This document shows, one piece after another, positions 46,172-59,709 of a stretch of DNA of 64,000 nt (positions within the stretch are counted from its first letter, which is position 1; each line of letters starts with the position of its first letter). The notes beneath the pieces are model-generated. The model saw only the letters and a program-made list of their open reading frames with translations. It was not told the DNA's origin and did no database searches. The stretch spans positions 296,039-360,038 of the forward strand of contig NIVC01000347.1 of NCBI GenBank assembly GCA_002269645.1, given 5' to 3'. A program made the translations under genes and the position numbers. Source of the stretch: Macrostomum lignano. Lineage: Eukaryota.

Positions 46172-46978
46172 AGTTTTTAGCACCAGGGGCTTTAGCAACA
46201 GGGACTTTAGCACCAGGGGCTTTACACCCAGGGACTTTAGCACCAGGGGCTTTACACCCAGGGACTTTAGCACCAGGGGCTTTACACCCAGGGACTTTAG
46301 CACCCAGGGACTTTAGCACCCAGGGACTTTAGCACTTTAGGACTTTAGCACCAGGGACTTTAGCACCAGGGGCTTTAGCAACAGGGGCTTTAGCACCAGG
46401 GGCTTTAGCAACAGGGACTTTAGCACCAGGGGCTTTACACCCAGGGACTTTAGCACCAGGGGCTTTACACCCAGGGACTTTAGCACCCAGGGACTTTAGC
46501 ACCCAGGGACTTTAGCACCCAGGGACTTTAGCACTTTAGGACTTTAGCACCAGGGACTTTAGCACCAGGGGCTTTAGCAACAGGGGCTTTAGCACCAGGG
46601 GCTTTAGCAACAGGGACTTTAGCACCAGGGGCTTTACACCCAGGGACTTTAGCACCAGGGGCTTTACACCCAGGGACTTTAGCACCCAGGGACTTTAGCA
46701 CCCAGGGACTTTAGCACTTTAGGACTTTAGCACCAGGGACTTTAGCACCAGGGGCTTTAGCAACAGGGGCTTTAGCACCAGGGGCTTTAGCAACAGGGAC
46801 TTTAGCACCCAGGGACTTTAGCACTTTAGGACTTTAGCACCAGGGACTTTAGCACCAGGGGCTTTAGCAACAGGGGCTTTAGCACCAGGGGCTTTAGCAA
46901 CAGGGACTTTAGCACCCAGGGACTTTAGCACTTTAGGACTTTAGCACCCAGGGACTTTAGCACTTTAGGACTTTAGCC
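46172..46978. repeat. 14/15-bp minisatellite (GGGACTTTAGCACCA)n with higher-order periodicity
   Basis: Direct reading. Confidence 0.95.
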
Positions 46979-47950
46979 CCTGCTAGAGGTAATAATACGA
47001 CATTAGTATTTAATCGAGCCCTAAAAATGAAGATCAAATTTTTTGGGTAGTCTTTGATATAATCTGTTGTCAATTTCTGTAGCAATTAGACACAGTCTAT
47101 TCCTGACGGAAATTACTTAGAATCAGGTTTTACTTGTGTCGAATAAAAAATCGACTCAAATTACAAGCCGCATGCTTTGCTCCTTCTTTGTAGATTTTTT
47201 AATACTTCTCAAGCAAAATTGTTTACCTTATTTCACACTATTTTTTTGTTTTACACTCAAAAACTTGCTTATACCTATCATTTGTCGGTAGACAGAGTTA
47301 CTAAGAATTTCCGGAATCGTATATTCTGTAATTCACTAAAACAAAAAGTGTTTTATAGTTTACCTATATAAGAAAACATTTTTTTCACCTTTAAAGTGCT
47401 TCCCTTTGTTTTACTGCAATCCAGAAATAAAAATCAAAGTTTCAATTTCGACAGTAATTTAATAAACATGGTGTTTTCTCAAATTCTTTTTCTTTCTAAA
47501 CTTATTACGAATCCGTCTAAAATCCAGTTTAAACTGGTTTAGTTTGCAGTCACTTCAAGCAGTGCTTTAAGATCTTCCCGATGCTCTCCAATTGCTCTCT
47601 TTTACTGCAGTCAGTGAATGCACTTTTAAAGATTACCCAGTGAGGACAGATACTCTTACACTGCATTTTCCAGGAAAGTCTAGCAGTATAACAGGATGCA
47701 GGATTTGCTTCTCTTTCAGGCTCTGCTCACTCTTGAGAAAATAGAGACGTTTAAAGGAAGTTTTTTGCTTATTTCTTCTTCCATATCTCCAAGCCTAGCT
47801 CAAAGTTAGCAAATATCACTCTCTGTCTCTGTTTTTCAGTTCAGGTGTAACCCAAAAAACTACGAGCGTAGGAAGCGACGACGTGGTGCCATGGCGGAAG
47901 AGAGGCTCCTTGGCAAAATAAAACTGGCACATATGGGAAACAGTGCAATC

Positions 47951-47954
<4 letters not shown>

Positions 47955-48009
<55 letters not shown>
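47955..48009. repeat. (GA)n microsatellite
   Basis: Direct reading. Confidence 0.97.
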
Positions 48010-48012
<3 letters not shown>

Positions 48013-48274
48013 AGGGAAGGACAAACCAGAAATGGTTGGTTGGGAAATTTCACGGGTAAGTGCTCACCTGATTGGCAAAGCGGTGGGAAGAACGGATGGG
48101 TGGTTGGCTGGGAAGCAGTCCTTATCAACTTATCCACAGCTCAGGCAGATGGAAGGTTAGACGAGAGGAGCGAGGTTGAGCAACTCTGACAAAATTTATT
48201 GAGCTAATTTGGGCTCGAAACTTATTTTTAAATCAAATAATTCGTGACCCCTGATTCAGCAGCTTGCGCTAGAG

Positions 48275-50689
48275 ATGTCCATCTTGCTGTCTTCCGGCAA
48301 AGGCGCCGCGTCAAAATTTCGTGACGGCGCGAAGAAAGGCCGACCAGAGAAAGTCAAGAGGTGAGACTGGGGGTGAGACTGAGGCTGAGGGTGAGACTGA
48401 GGGTGAGACTGAGGGTGAGACTGAGGGTGAGACTGAGGGTGAGACTGAGGGTGAGACTGAGGGTGAGACTGAGGGTGAGACTGAGGGTGAGACTGAGGGT
48501 GAGACTGAGGGTGAGACTGAGGGTGAGACTGAGGGTGAGACTGAGGGTGAGACTGAGGGTGAGACTGAGGGTGAGACTGAGGGTGAGACTGAGGGTGAGA
48601 CTGAGGGTGAGACTGAGGGTGAGACTGAGGGTGAGACTGAGGGTGAGACTGAGGGTGAGACTGAGGGTGAGACTGAGGGTGAGACTGAGGGTGAGACTGA
48701 GGGTGAGACTGAGGGTGAGACTGAGGGTGAGACTGAGGGTGAGACTGAGGGTGAGACTGAGGGTGAGACTGAGGGTGAGACTGAGGGTGAGACTGAGGGT
48801 GAGACTGAGGTCGAGACTGAGGGTGAGACTGAGGGTGAAACTAATCAAGAAAATTATGGAATGATTCGCCAAGAGCAAGAGAGTGAGTGAATTAATGAAT
48901 TGAAAGCTATGTCAGTGGCAAGTGAAATCAATAAACGGCTGCATGGACCAGCATTTGTTTATTAAAATTAAAGCACGACCGGCCTATGATGGACAGACGT
49001 GGGAACTCCAGCGAGCACAGGAAAGCAGTCGTGAACAGTGAATTTATTGCTTAGCACTTCAGCCTACAAGAGTCCTCACTTGCCACAGAGTCCACAGCTC
49101 TCGTGCGAATGTTAATATACATGCCTAACGATAAATAAAGTTAGGGCCGCTGTGCACTCCTGTGTGAGAGTGTGCCTGTACGTATGACTGCGTACGTATC
49201 CGCGCGCTTGTGTGCCTGCTCAGGGAAGTCGGCGGAATGGGCAGCAATGCCTCTCGCACACTAAACACTTGGGCAAATAGGGAGATGCTGAGATGGGAAA
49301 AAACTTTCACTATGGAAACACGGCTCAGAGTTGATGAGGAAGAGAAGCTGCAAAATACCTGCGGCTATAATCCAACAGTTGCAAACTCTGCCAGGGGCCC
49401 ACCCATGCACTCTGCTGCCAAACTCCCCCACACACAGTCCCTACTTGTGTTACACCTGCCTGGGGCAGACAAGAGTTGATAATTGCTTGCCACGGCTGCA
49501 GAATCCCAGGCAGGAAAAAAATAGCTAAAAGATGCCAAGTAGTTGCCATGCATGTCTACAGGTAGATCTGCGCTGAAATTTCATTGCACCTGAGAAGAAA
49601 AAAGAAACAGTGTGTGAATTACCATGGCGACAGCTGCTGCAGCTCTGAGACCTGTGCCTCAGAAGATATAGTTAATAATACAATATTACGTACGCGTAGG
49701 GCTGACTGGTTGGTTACTTACTCACTTCTCAGCTTCATCCATTAACCCAGGCCGGCTGTCTGAAAATGCCACATTTCAGAGCGGCCAACGATGCCCAGTT
49801 CCATCCCTACCTGCCCACGGACGCCACTGTGGTGTGGAATACGAAAATTAGTGGAGTGGATTACAGCTTGGCTCTCGGTGAGTTGATTGGCTCTAGCTAA
49901 AACAAACTGATTACTATAATTAGAAATAATTAATAATTAATACTTAATGTTGCCAGAAAATTTTCTATTGTACCTTCAGATAAGGAATCGCTGGATCTCT
50001 GGTGCAATGATAATGTCATTGATGCCGAGGTGAGATAATTGAGATTCTCATTGGTGAGATATCGATAATTGAGACTCTCATTAGTTGAGATATCGATAAT
50101 TGAGACTCTCATAGGTGAGATATCGATAATTGAGACTATCATTAGTTGAGATATCGATAATTGAGACTCTTGTAGGTGAGATATCGATAATAGGGACTCT
50201 CATGGATGAGATATCGATAATTGAGACTCTCATTAGTTGAGATATCGATAATTGAGACTCTCATTAGTTGAGATATGGATAATTGAGACTCTCATACATG
50301 AGATATCGTTGATTGAGATTATCATACATGAGATATCGATAATTGAGACTCTCATACATGAGATGTCGATAATTGAGACACTCATTTGTGAGATATCGAT
50401 AATTGAGACTTTTATATGTAGTATTTGAGACTCTCATTGGTGAGATATCGATAATTTAAGGTTCTCATTTGTAAAAATCGATAACTAATATTCTCCCAAA
50501 TGCCACCATATAAAAACTTTGAATTCAATACACCAGTGCGACTTCAACGACACCGGCTCTAAGATGGAGTTCCAGCTGGCGGGCAAGCGAGCCTGCCTCA
50601 AGATGCAGCCCAGCAGCCGCGGCACCAAATACAGACTGACCTTGGACGGGGCCAAGGTGCCCAAAGCAAAGGCCACCAATCAGGATTAA
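48275..50689 (+). CDS. FAIM (Fas apoptotic inhibitory molecule)-like protein, apparently one FAIM half only (~128 aa from ATG 48275)
   Basis: Exons 48260/48275-48360, 49780-49877, 49980-50029 and 50537-50689 (phases 2,1,0). Product ..VVWNTKISGVDYSLALDKESLDLWCNDNVIDAECDFNDTGSKMEFQLAGKRACLKMQPSSRGTKYRLTLDGAKVP.. parallels the FAIM C-terminal half as I recall it (W..hdG....i.leK...dvWcNg..le....F.d.G....F.lg...c.ika......i.h.L.vd...iP). A possible upstream exon is 47891-48055. Confidence 0.78.
48361..48840. repeat. 12-bp minisatellite (GAGACTGAGGGT)n starting at the splice donor
   Basis: About 40 units; the first unit overlaps GTGAGAC of the donor at 48361. Confidence 0.97.
49110..49257 (+). 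mobile_element. Partial copy of the internal segment of the SINE at 15156-15523
   Basis: Near-identical TACATGCCTAACGATAAA..GTTAGGGCCGCTG..CGTACGTATCCGCGCGCTTGTGTGCCTGCTCAGGG.AGTCGGCGGAATGGGCAG..TGCCTCTCGC. Confidence 0.85.
50030..50480. repeat. 30/31-bp minisatellite (GGTGAGATATCGATAATTGAGACTCTCATT)n filling the last FAIM-like intron
   Basis: Begins at the donor at 50030. Confidence 0.9.
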
Positions 50690-50949
50690 AGGGGTCTCCA
50701 AGCTTAAATTAACTTGTCTATTAGTTAAAACAAAATTAACACGAAAATTTTGACAATTTCTCGTTAAAAAGTAGAAAATGCCTTAGATATTGTTTAAACG
50801 CAAATATTTTACTTTTAATTTTGCCTTTAAACTGCTTCTACGAAACCTTTTCACACCCTTTTATTTAGAAATTTACCGCACTTCTAAATGTCATGTTCTG
50901 CTTTTCGATAATTGGGCTAGTTACTCGTATAGAGGGACGCCTCAAATCT

Positions 50950-51890
50950 ACAGAATGTGGCGCCACAAAAACAACAGAATGGGGCGCCACAAAGGCTACA
51001 GAATGTGGCGCGACAAAGGCTACAAACTGGGGCGGCACAAAGGCTACAGAATGTGACGCCACAAAGGCTACAGAATGTGGCGCCACAAAGGCTACAGAAT
51101 GTGGCGCCACAAAGACTACAGTATGTGGCGCCACAAAAACTACAGAATGGGGCGCCACAAAGGCTACATAATGTGGCGCGACAAAGGCTACAGAATAGGA
51201 CGCCACAAAGGCTACAGAATGTGGCGCCACAAAGGCAACAGAATGTGGCGCCACAAAGGCAACAGAATGTGGCGCCACAAAGGCAACAGAATGTGGCGCG
51301 ACAAAGGCTACAAACTGGGGCGCCACAAAGGCTACAGAATGAGGCGCCACAAATGCTACAGAATGTGGCGCCACAAAGGCTACAGAATGTGGCGCCACAA
51401 AGGCTACAGTATGTGGCGTCACAAAAACTACAGAATGGGGCGCCACAAAGGCTACAGAATGTGACGCGACAAAGGCTACAGAATAGGACGCCACAAAGGC
51501 TACAGAATGTGGCGCGTCAAAGGCTACAGAATAGGACGCCACAAAGGCTACAGAATGGGGCGCCACAAAGGCTACAGAATGTGGCGCCACAAAGGCTACA
51601 GAATGTGGCGCCACAAAGGCTACAGAATGGGGCGCCACAAAGGCTACAGAATGGGACGCCACAAAGGCTACAGAATAGGACGCCACAAAGGCTACAGAAT
51701 AGGACGCCACAAAGGCTACAGAATGGGACGCCACAAAGGCTACAGAATAGGACGCCACAAAGGCTACAGAATAGGACGCCACAAAGGCTACAGAATGAGG
51801 CGCCACAAAAGCTACAGAATGAGGCGCCACAAAGCCTACAGAATGAGGCGCCACAAAAGCTACAGAATGAGGCGCCACAAAGGCTACAGA
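50950..51890. repeat. 24-bp minisatellite (GAATGTGGCGCCACAAAGGCTACA)n
   Basis: About 39 units; open in several frames because the unit is a multiple of 3. Confidence 0.96.
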
Positions 51891-52429
51891 GGGAAATTCG
51901 AATGGCAAACAGCACAGGTGAAGTTCTTCATCTTTCATTCTATCATCGCATCTATCAAGGCATTAATAAAGTTTTACTTATGTTTTAATTACTTTTCTCA
52001 ATATATTGTTCTTCGTAAGGAAACAATTTTTCTGTAAAAACTTTACGAACTTTAATTCTCTATTTTCGAATTAATATTGATAGAAGTTTCTTTTCATTTT
52101 AAAGTACACTCTAATTACCGTCATTTCTGTGATGCAACTGTGTGCACTAAAATATTTAGTTGGTTGGGTATCACGTATTGTTACAAGTTACAATGCGGGT
52201 AGATTTTCCACTAAAGTAATTTGTCACTCCAGACAAATACAATTAAACTGCTGTTAAGTAATATATATATATACTCGTACATGTATATTATTAAAACTTT
52301 CATTGTAATTTCTGCAATTGCTGAGATATGTGCAACTTGTTTATTTCAAATTGTTTCATACATTGCCAGAATGTCAGAAAGTTATGAAACTTGTTGGAAT
52401 GCTTGAAGTTTTAGTAACAAGGGGTTGCT

Positions 52430-54350
52430 TAGTGTCAGGAAAGGAGGAGACGCTGAAGTTAGTGTCAGGAAAGGAGGAGACGCTGAAGTTAGTGTCAGGA
52501 AAGGAGGAGACGCTGAAGTTAGTGTCAGGAAAGGAGGAGACGCTGAAGTTAGTGTCAGGAAAGGAGGAGACGCTGAAGTTAGTGTCAGGAAAGGAGGAGA
52601 CGCTGAAGTTAGTGTCAGGTAGAGGCGCTGAAGTTAGTGTCAGGAAAGGAGGAGACGCTGAAGTTAGTGTCAGGTAGAGGCGCTGAAGTTAGTGTCAGGT
52701 AGAGGCGCTGAAGTTTGTGTCAGGTGGAGACGCTGAAGTTTGTGTCAGGTGGAGACGCTGAAGTTAGTGTCAGGTAGAGACGCTGAAGTTAGTGTCAGGT
52801 AGAGGCGCTGAAGTTTGTGTCAGGTAGAGGCGCTGAAGTTTGTGTCAGGTAGAGGCGCTGAAGTTTGTGTCAGGTAGAGGCGCTGAAGTTTGTGTCAGGT
52901 GGAGACGCTGAAGTTTGTGTCAGGTAGAGGCGCTGAAGTTAGTGTCAGGTAGAGGCGCTGAAGTTAGTGTCAGGTAGAGGCGCTGAAGTTTGTGTCAGGT
53001 AGAGACGCTGAAGTTAGTGTCAGGTAGAGGCGCTGAAGTTAGTGTCAGGTAGAGACGCTGAAGTTAGTGTCAGGTAGAGGCGCTGAAGTTTGTGTCAGGT
53101 AGAGGCGCTGAAGTTTGTGTCAGGTAGAGGCGCTGAAGTTTGTGTCAGGTGGAGACGCTGAAGTTAGTGTCAGGTAGAGGCGCTGAAGTTAGTGTCAGGT
53201 AGAGACGCTGAAGTTAGTGTCAGGTAGAGACGCTGAAGTTAGTGTCAGGTAGAGACGCTGAAGTTAGTGTCAGGTAGAGGCGCTGAAGTTTGTGTCAGGT
53301 GGAGACGCTGAAGTTTGTGTCAGGTGGAGACGCTGAAGTTTGTGTCAGGTGGAGACGCTGAAGTTAGTGTCAGGTAGAGACGCTGAAGTTTGTGTCAGGT
53401 AGAGACGCTGAAGTTAGTGTCAGGTAGAGACGCTGAAGTTAGTGTCAGGTAGAGGCGCTGAAGTTTGTGTCAGGTAGAGGCGCTGAAGTTTGTGTCAGGT
53501 TGAGGCGCTGAAGTTTGTGTCAGGTGGAGACGCTGAAGTTTGTGTCAGGTAGAGGCGCTGAAGTTAGTGTCAGGTAGAGGCGCTGAAGTTAGTGTCAGGT
53601 AGAGGCGCTGAAGTTAGTGTCAGGTAGAGACGCTGAAGTTAGTGTCAGGTAGAGGCGCTGAAGTTAGTGTCAGGTAGAGGCGCTGAAGTTAGTGTCAGGT
53701 AGAGACGCTGAATATAGTGTCAGGTAGAGGCGCTGAAGTTTGTGTCAGGTAGAGGCGCTGAAGTTAGTGTCAGGTAGAGGCGCTGAAGTTTGTGTCAGGT
53801 AGAGGCGCTGAAGTTAGTGTCAGGTAGAGGCGCTGAAGTTAGTGTCAGGTAGAGGCGCTGAAGTTTGTGTCAGGTAGAGGCGCTGAAGTTAGTGTCAGGT
53901 AGAGGCGCTGAAGTTTGTGTCAGGTAGAGGCGCTGAAGTTTGTGTCAGGTGGAGACGCTGAAGTTAGTGTCAGGTAGAGGCGCAGAAGTTAGTGTCAGGT
54001 AGAGGCGCTGAAGTTTGTGTCAGGTAGAGGCGCTGAAGTTAGTGTCAGGTAGAGGCGCTGAAGTTTGTGTCAGGTAGAGGCGCTGAAGTTTGTGTCAGGT
54101 GGAGACGCTGAAGTTAGTGTCAGGTAGAGGCGCTGAAGTTAGTGTCAGGTAGAGACGCTGAAGTTAGTGTCAGGTAGAGACGCTGAAGTTAGTGTCAGGT
54201 AGAGACGCTGAAGTTAGTGTCAGGTAGAGGCGCTGAAGTTTGTGTCAGGTGGAGACGCTGAAGTTAGTGTCAGGTAGAGGCGCTGGAGTTAGTGTCAGGT
54301 GGAGACGCTGAAGTTAGTGTCAAGTAGAGGCGCTGGAGTTAGTGTCAGGA
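52430..54350. repeat. 30-bp then 25-bp minisatellite (AGTGTCAGGTAGAGGCGCTGAAGTT)n
   Basis: About 6 units of 30 bp followed by about 68 units of 25 bp. Confidence 0.96.
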
Positions 54351-54935
54351 AAGCATGATATTTTTGTCTAGTTTTTTAAGCACTCGTATTTCACTGAGTT
54401 GTCAGACATAATTTAATTAGGAGTAATTATTGCACCTCAACTATCTTCAGGAACAATGACAACAAGTAATATTTAATCATAAATAGAATATCAAAGCTCA
54501 TTCCTAAACACAAAATTACGAAGTATAACTAAAATGAACTTTATGAAGTGACTTTATAGTCTATTGCGATAGAAACACAGCACTCATTTGTTATAGGTAC
54601 CTACCCACTTACTTTGTGTTCAACACGCCATTGACTACACGTCTCGATTAAAACAAAAGTAATGGAACAACTCTTATCTAGCCAGTTGGGTATTATAAAT
54701 TGTTTGTATAGGGGTAGGAGGGATGGGGAGGTAGAGATCGAGAGAATTTACATGTAACTTTTTTCCTAATTCATTATTGCTCCATTACGGGGTCTAGCTA
54801 ATATATTTGGGATAAAATATTTCATACCGGATCAGTTAATTGGCAATTATATATATTAGCACTGATGGATGTGTTGTGGATTTTGACAGGCTACAATGTG
54901 TGGGCCTGCGTCGCGGGAAAAAGCTTGGGGAGCCG

Positions 54936-57455
54936 CCCAGTGAAAAAAATGATATGGATTCCATGTGGATTTTTCATATGAAATCCATATGTGCATTTGT
55001 CTCCGTCCATCCATGTGGAATCAAGATATGGATTCCACATGGAAGATCCACATGGAAGTAATTATGTATTTCACATAGAATCCACATTGTCATTGAGTAA
55101 GCAGCCATTATACTGGTTGCCATAATAAATTGTTGCATCCTAAATCACAAAATAATACCAGATCTTAAAATTTCATACGAACCCCAGATCTCAATACTAT
55201 ATAAAAGAAACTGAAACACAGATAAAAACACTAGCTATAGCCAAAAATATTTCTGCACAAAAATATATTCAAACAGGATGTCTCAATAAGTAAGGTGTAT
55301 TTATGTACAGTAGTGAGTCACTGGCACACAAAGAATAAAGACACTGATGTAGATATTGATATCTTTAAAGTTGCGCTGCGCATATGATATAATATATAAT
55401 TTGAAATTGACATTGTCAATAGCATTAATTAATTAACAATAATATAATGCACCAGAATTAAAACAGTCAGAAACATGCTGCTGCCAATTGCCAGAATGCT
55501 GCTTCTTCAGGTCAGGTGAGCAACCTTAGAAAAGAAAGGGGTTAAATAACAGAATTTTATAACAGATTGATGACAGATTTTGTAATAGATTTTGATAGAT
55601 TTTGATCATATAACAGATTTTGATGACAGAAAAAAATCAGTTTATAACTAAAACTTACCATTGCTTCACAAAGGTAGCATTCGAGATATTAAATTCAAAT
55701 TCCAAGTAGCTTTGCATGCTTCTTCAAAGGCAAGACCAAGGTGACATCCAAGTTTGAGGATGGGCCATGTAATATTAGGCATAAATGAAATAGAAAAATA
55801 ATTGTTGCCAATTAAAATTGGTAGATTATATTGATATAATTCATAAAACTAATTTAAGGATGAATACTTAATAAAGTTTATTTTAAAATTAACTAGGCCT
55901 AAGTCCTAGGTTTATTTTTTATGCACAGTGTGCATATGTACCCTAAATTTTAAAATGACACCTTGAAAATTGAAATTAAAAAGTGGATACAGCTTAGGTG
56001 CAATCTCATTACCTATTTTTCTATTGAAGCCTTATTTGCACTGCCTTTATATTAGAAAAAAATTGTATTCTAAGCCTTAAAATCATAAAACCCTAAAAGT
56101 GAGCATAGGCCCCTAGGGTATGATTTTGCCACTTGTCTCTAGCAAAAAGAAAACCCTACCTAAGTCAATCAATAAAATTACCAATGAAATAATAAGTACA
56201 AAAAAAGTTAATATATGTTTCTATAAATTTAATTTTTTATTTTAAAATTGATTTTAGACTATAAAGTATTTAGGCAATGCAATGCACGTTTTTTATATTT
56301 GCTAGCCTAGTATGATTTAACATTAGGCCTAAGCCTAAATAGCTAGGCCTATGCCCTATGGCTATTAAATACTAGACTTGGCCTAAATCAGATCAAATTT
56401 ACAATAATCATTATTTATTAATAATAGCAACCTTAGGGATCTGCTAGGCTAGCTATGCCAAAAGCAAGTTGCAAGTGTAATTGTAGAATTATTTATTACA
56501 AATATTGTTTTTAAAAATGCAACAAGTCCAAAAGATGCTAATAGGCTTTTTTAAAGAAAATCATAAATTAATAGATTTTTAACAGATTAACTAGATTGAC
56601 TAGTCACAAATCACAAAGTCAAGCTAGTCCCAACCTTAATTAAAATAGAAGGACCTAAATTGATAGTTATAGGCCTAGCTTAAAATAGGCCTAATAAGCA
56701 TACATATAAATAGATAGGTAGGACTAAGAGGAAATTATGAACTTCTAAAGGCCTATTTAAGTTAAAAAAATGAGTAGCCAATCTATGGACATGGCCATGG
56801 GATTCCTAGAAATTGGATAGGCCTAAATAAATTTATCATGGATTTTACCAAAATTATTAGGCCTATCTATGATAAAATACTGATTTATCTAATTTCTAAT
56901 CCCATGGAGGCCATGGTCTTATAAGTTATTGCCTATAGGCTAGGTCTACTAATTTTTTTAAGGTGCTTAAATAGCCATAAACAAGGCAATTTATCTTTCA
57001 AGGCCTTGAACCAAGACATTGACGAATATAAAAAAGTAATTTAATTTTAAAAAGCACGAAACATTTTTTATTGTTTACTTCTATTTTGTCTATTTTAACA
57101 AAAAGTGTCCTTTTTTCCGATTATAATTTAGCTTTAAGATATTAATTTTTACTTAAAAGCATATAAATATAATAATTAATTTTAGAAATTTCATAAAAAC
57201 GTCTGAATGTGGTGTATCACAGTTTTTTATCGAAGTGGATTCCATATTGAATCAATATACGCTTATTTCTCATGAATTCCTTGTAAAATCCACATCAACA
57301 TTAGGACAGTAAAAATAAAAAAATAATGCGTAAAAAATACTTTGCATACCATTATGTCATCTTTAAGTCATTAATTTGCAAAAATTAAAGAAACATTTAA
57401 ATTCCACATGGCCACGTGGAACCCACGTGGAATCCATGAATCATTTTTCACTGGG
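54936..57455. mobile_element. Non-autonomous TIR DNA transposon, CACTA/EnSpm(CMC)-like, 2.5 kb, AT-rich
   Basis: TIRs CCCAGTGAAAAA..TGA..ATGGATTCCA(T/C)GTGG at both ends; subterminal GGATTCCACATGG-type repeats; 2-bp CG duplication on both flanks; no long ORF. The superfamily call rests on terminal sequence and TSD length only. Confidence 0.8.
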
Positions 57456-59709
57456 CGAGTACGTTATAGTCAAGCTTCAGGCAGTATAGAGATCGTTGCT
57501 AATTAATATTGCTAGTTTATTGTAGCAGCAGGCACGGACGGAGATCCAGACAATTATAAGTGATTAGTGCATTAATTATGAATGTAGTATATGCATTTAG
57601 GACTCATATGCAGGCCATGAGTGCGGGTTTTGAATAGTAGAGGCAGTTTGCTTTACATGGATTGTTGGAGGGTTGGTTCAACACTTCGCCAAAAGCAATT
57701 AATAAAGAAAATATAATGACTATAATACATATGTATATATGTCAAGGACGGCTATAATTGCTGTATACCTGAACCAGCGGCTATATAGGCAATTCTACCT
57801 TCATTTGCACTGACTCCTAAACCAACACCGTTACGTACGCAGGCGCGCGCATTCATAGGAGTACAATTAACACTCATCTCCAGGGTCGTGAGACTCTGGT
57901 ATTGCTGCATGATGGCGTGACCATTTGCTGTCAAATTTGACCGCAGCTCCATGGGCGCTTCCTGTGGACAGAATTATAGTGCATGATGGCTTCCAAAAAC
58001 TGACCTACTGAAATGGCCGTACTTAAAATTAAAACAAAAATTTATATCAATCGCAAGTTACATGTTACTTACATGTACGAGCTTTAAAAACCTGATTACG
58101 TCACACATGCATATTTAGGAGTGTACGGGAATTGCATGGCGATCAAGGGACAAAAAAACTAGCGAGAAGTTTCTCTATATAAACTTCTACTATACATGTC
58201 GTACATGTACATACATGTATGTATAGCGAGAAGTTACAAAATGGCTGACGTACATCTATACACATGTACGTACCGTACATTTGCATGCAGTGATGTGGCT
58301 ACGGATTACGCTTGGTCGGGTACGTGACGTCATAGATCTGCTCAACAACTCTCTAATATTTTTCACCCGGACTTGAAAAATGCATTTTATAGCAACTTTG
58401 CTAAAATCTTGCTGCTTCAGTGATTTCGAACAATTATATTTAGAGGAGCTTTAGCGGAGTGATTGCAGAGAGATCGACGAGGGAGCTCCATAGAGGATCC
58501 CGGGAAATCGGTAAGCCAAAGACAAACATCGCAAGACATCGCCGAATCCATGCACCGCCGCACGTACAGAACCATGCAATGAGTTAAGATAAGACAAGAA
58601 ATCGGTAAGGGTTGAGGATCGAATCCTCTTAATTCTTAACCACAATTGCCTTGGATCTTCTCGACCCTCAGCGTCGGGAAAACGCATGTACATGCAATTC
58701 AATAAATTCTCAGTATATTTAGAATTTTTATTTTTATTTTTGTAATAGTAACTAAAATTTGCTGAAGTTCTAAGAGAAGTTGCACGGCCGCGACGACATT
58801 GCAACTCAAGATATTCGTTTCTAATCTGGTCGAGTAGGTGGTGGTGCGGCTGCAGAATTCAGGTACGTTTTCTGAGCTGCAATTTCCGCGTGATATTTTA
58901 TGTATACACGTGTGTATAGCCTAATCCGAGTTCCAAGATGAGATAAGTGGTAAAAGAGGCCCAGATGTTGATATCAACTGAACCGAGGCATATGTTCCGA
59001 GGCAAATGTTTTAAAACAAATTTTGCGTCATCTTATAAAACAAAACTTTATTTTCTTTTAAGCTTTAATACTTTATGAAAAATTTAAGACAGAAAAATAA
59101 ATTCCTTATTAATAAAAAATTAAGTAATAATAAGTTTCGCGAATTCAGGTTCGCCAGACCATAGCGAAAACCATGCAAAACGAATGCTTCTAAGGCTATA
59201 CCGAACATGTAGGCCTTGTAAAGCACTGATATATTATTATATCTGACCACTCGCTTATGGTAGGTAGGCCCTAGCTTATGGTATTTTGGAACTGCTTAGC
59301 ACATGCCATGCTGTAGCATGTGGTATGTGAATTATATTCTAATATAATTCACATATGATTATATGAACTAATATATAGCCAATGTGAATTCTGTGGTTTA
59401 GTAAGGTCACAATTAGGTAGATAGTTAATAGCTTAAAATACATGGCAAATTACTTTAATTTGGCCTACAAGGCCTACATTAGTATATATACAGGCCCTAT
59501 CCTATAGGCCTATCTCTATCATTGGCCTAGATGGAAGTAATAGTCCTGCCATACTATTTCAGTTTTTTATACTTCAAGTAATTTAGCCTACTATGAATTT
59601 TTTGTATCTTTATTTGCCTTTCTCTCCTTGTCTTATATAGCAACTTTAAATTATATAAATCTAGGTTAGCAAGTCAGAGCTAAGCTTTCTATATGACTAT
59701 AGGCCTAAT

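Noticed and set aside
58451-58804. 117-aa minus-strand ORF
   Set aside because: No motif, splice signals or repeat boundaries support it.
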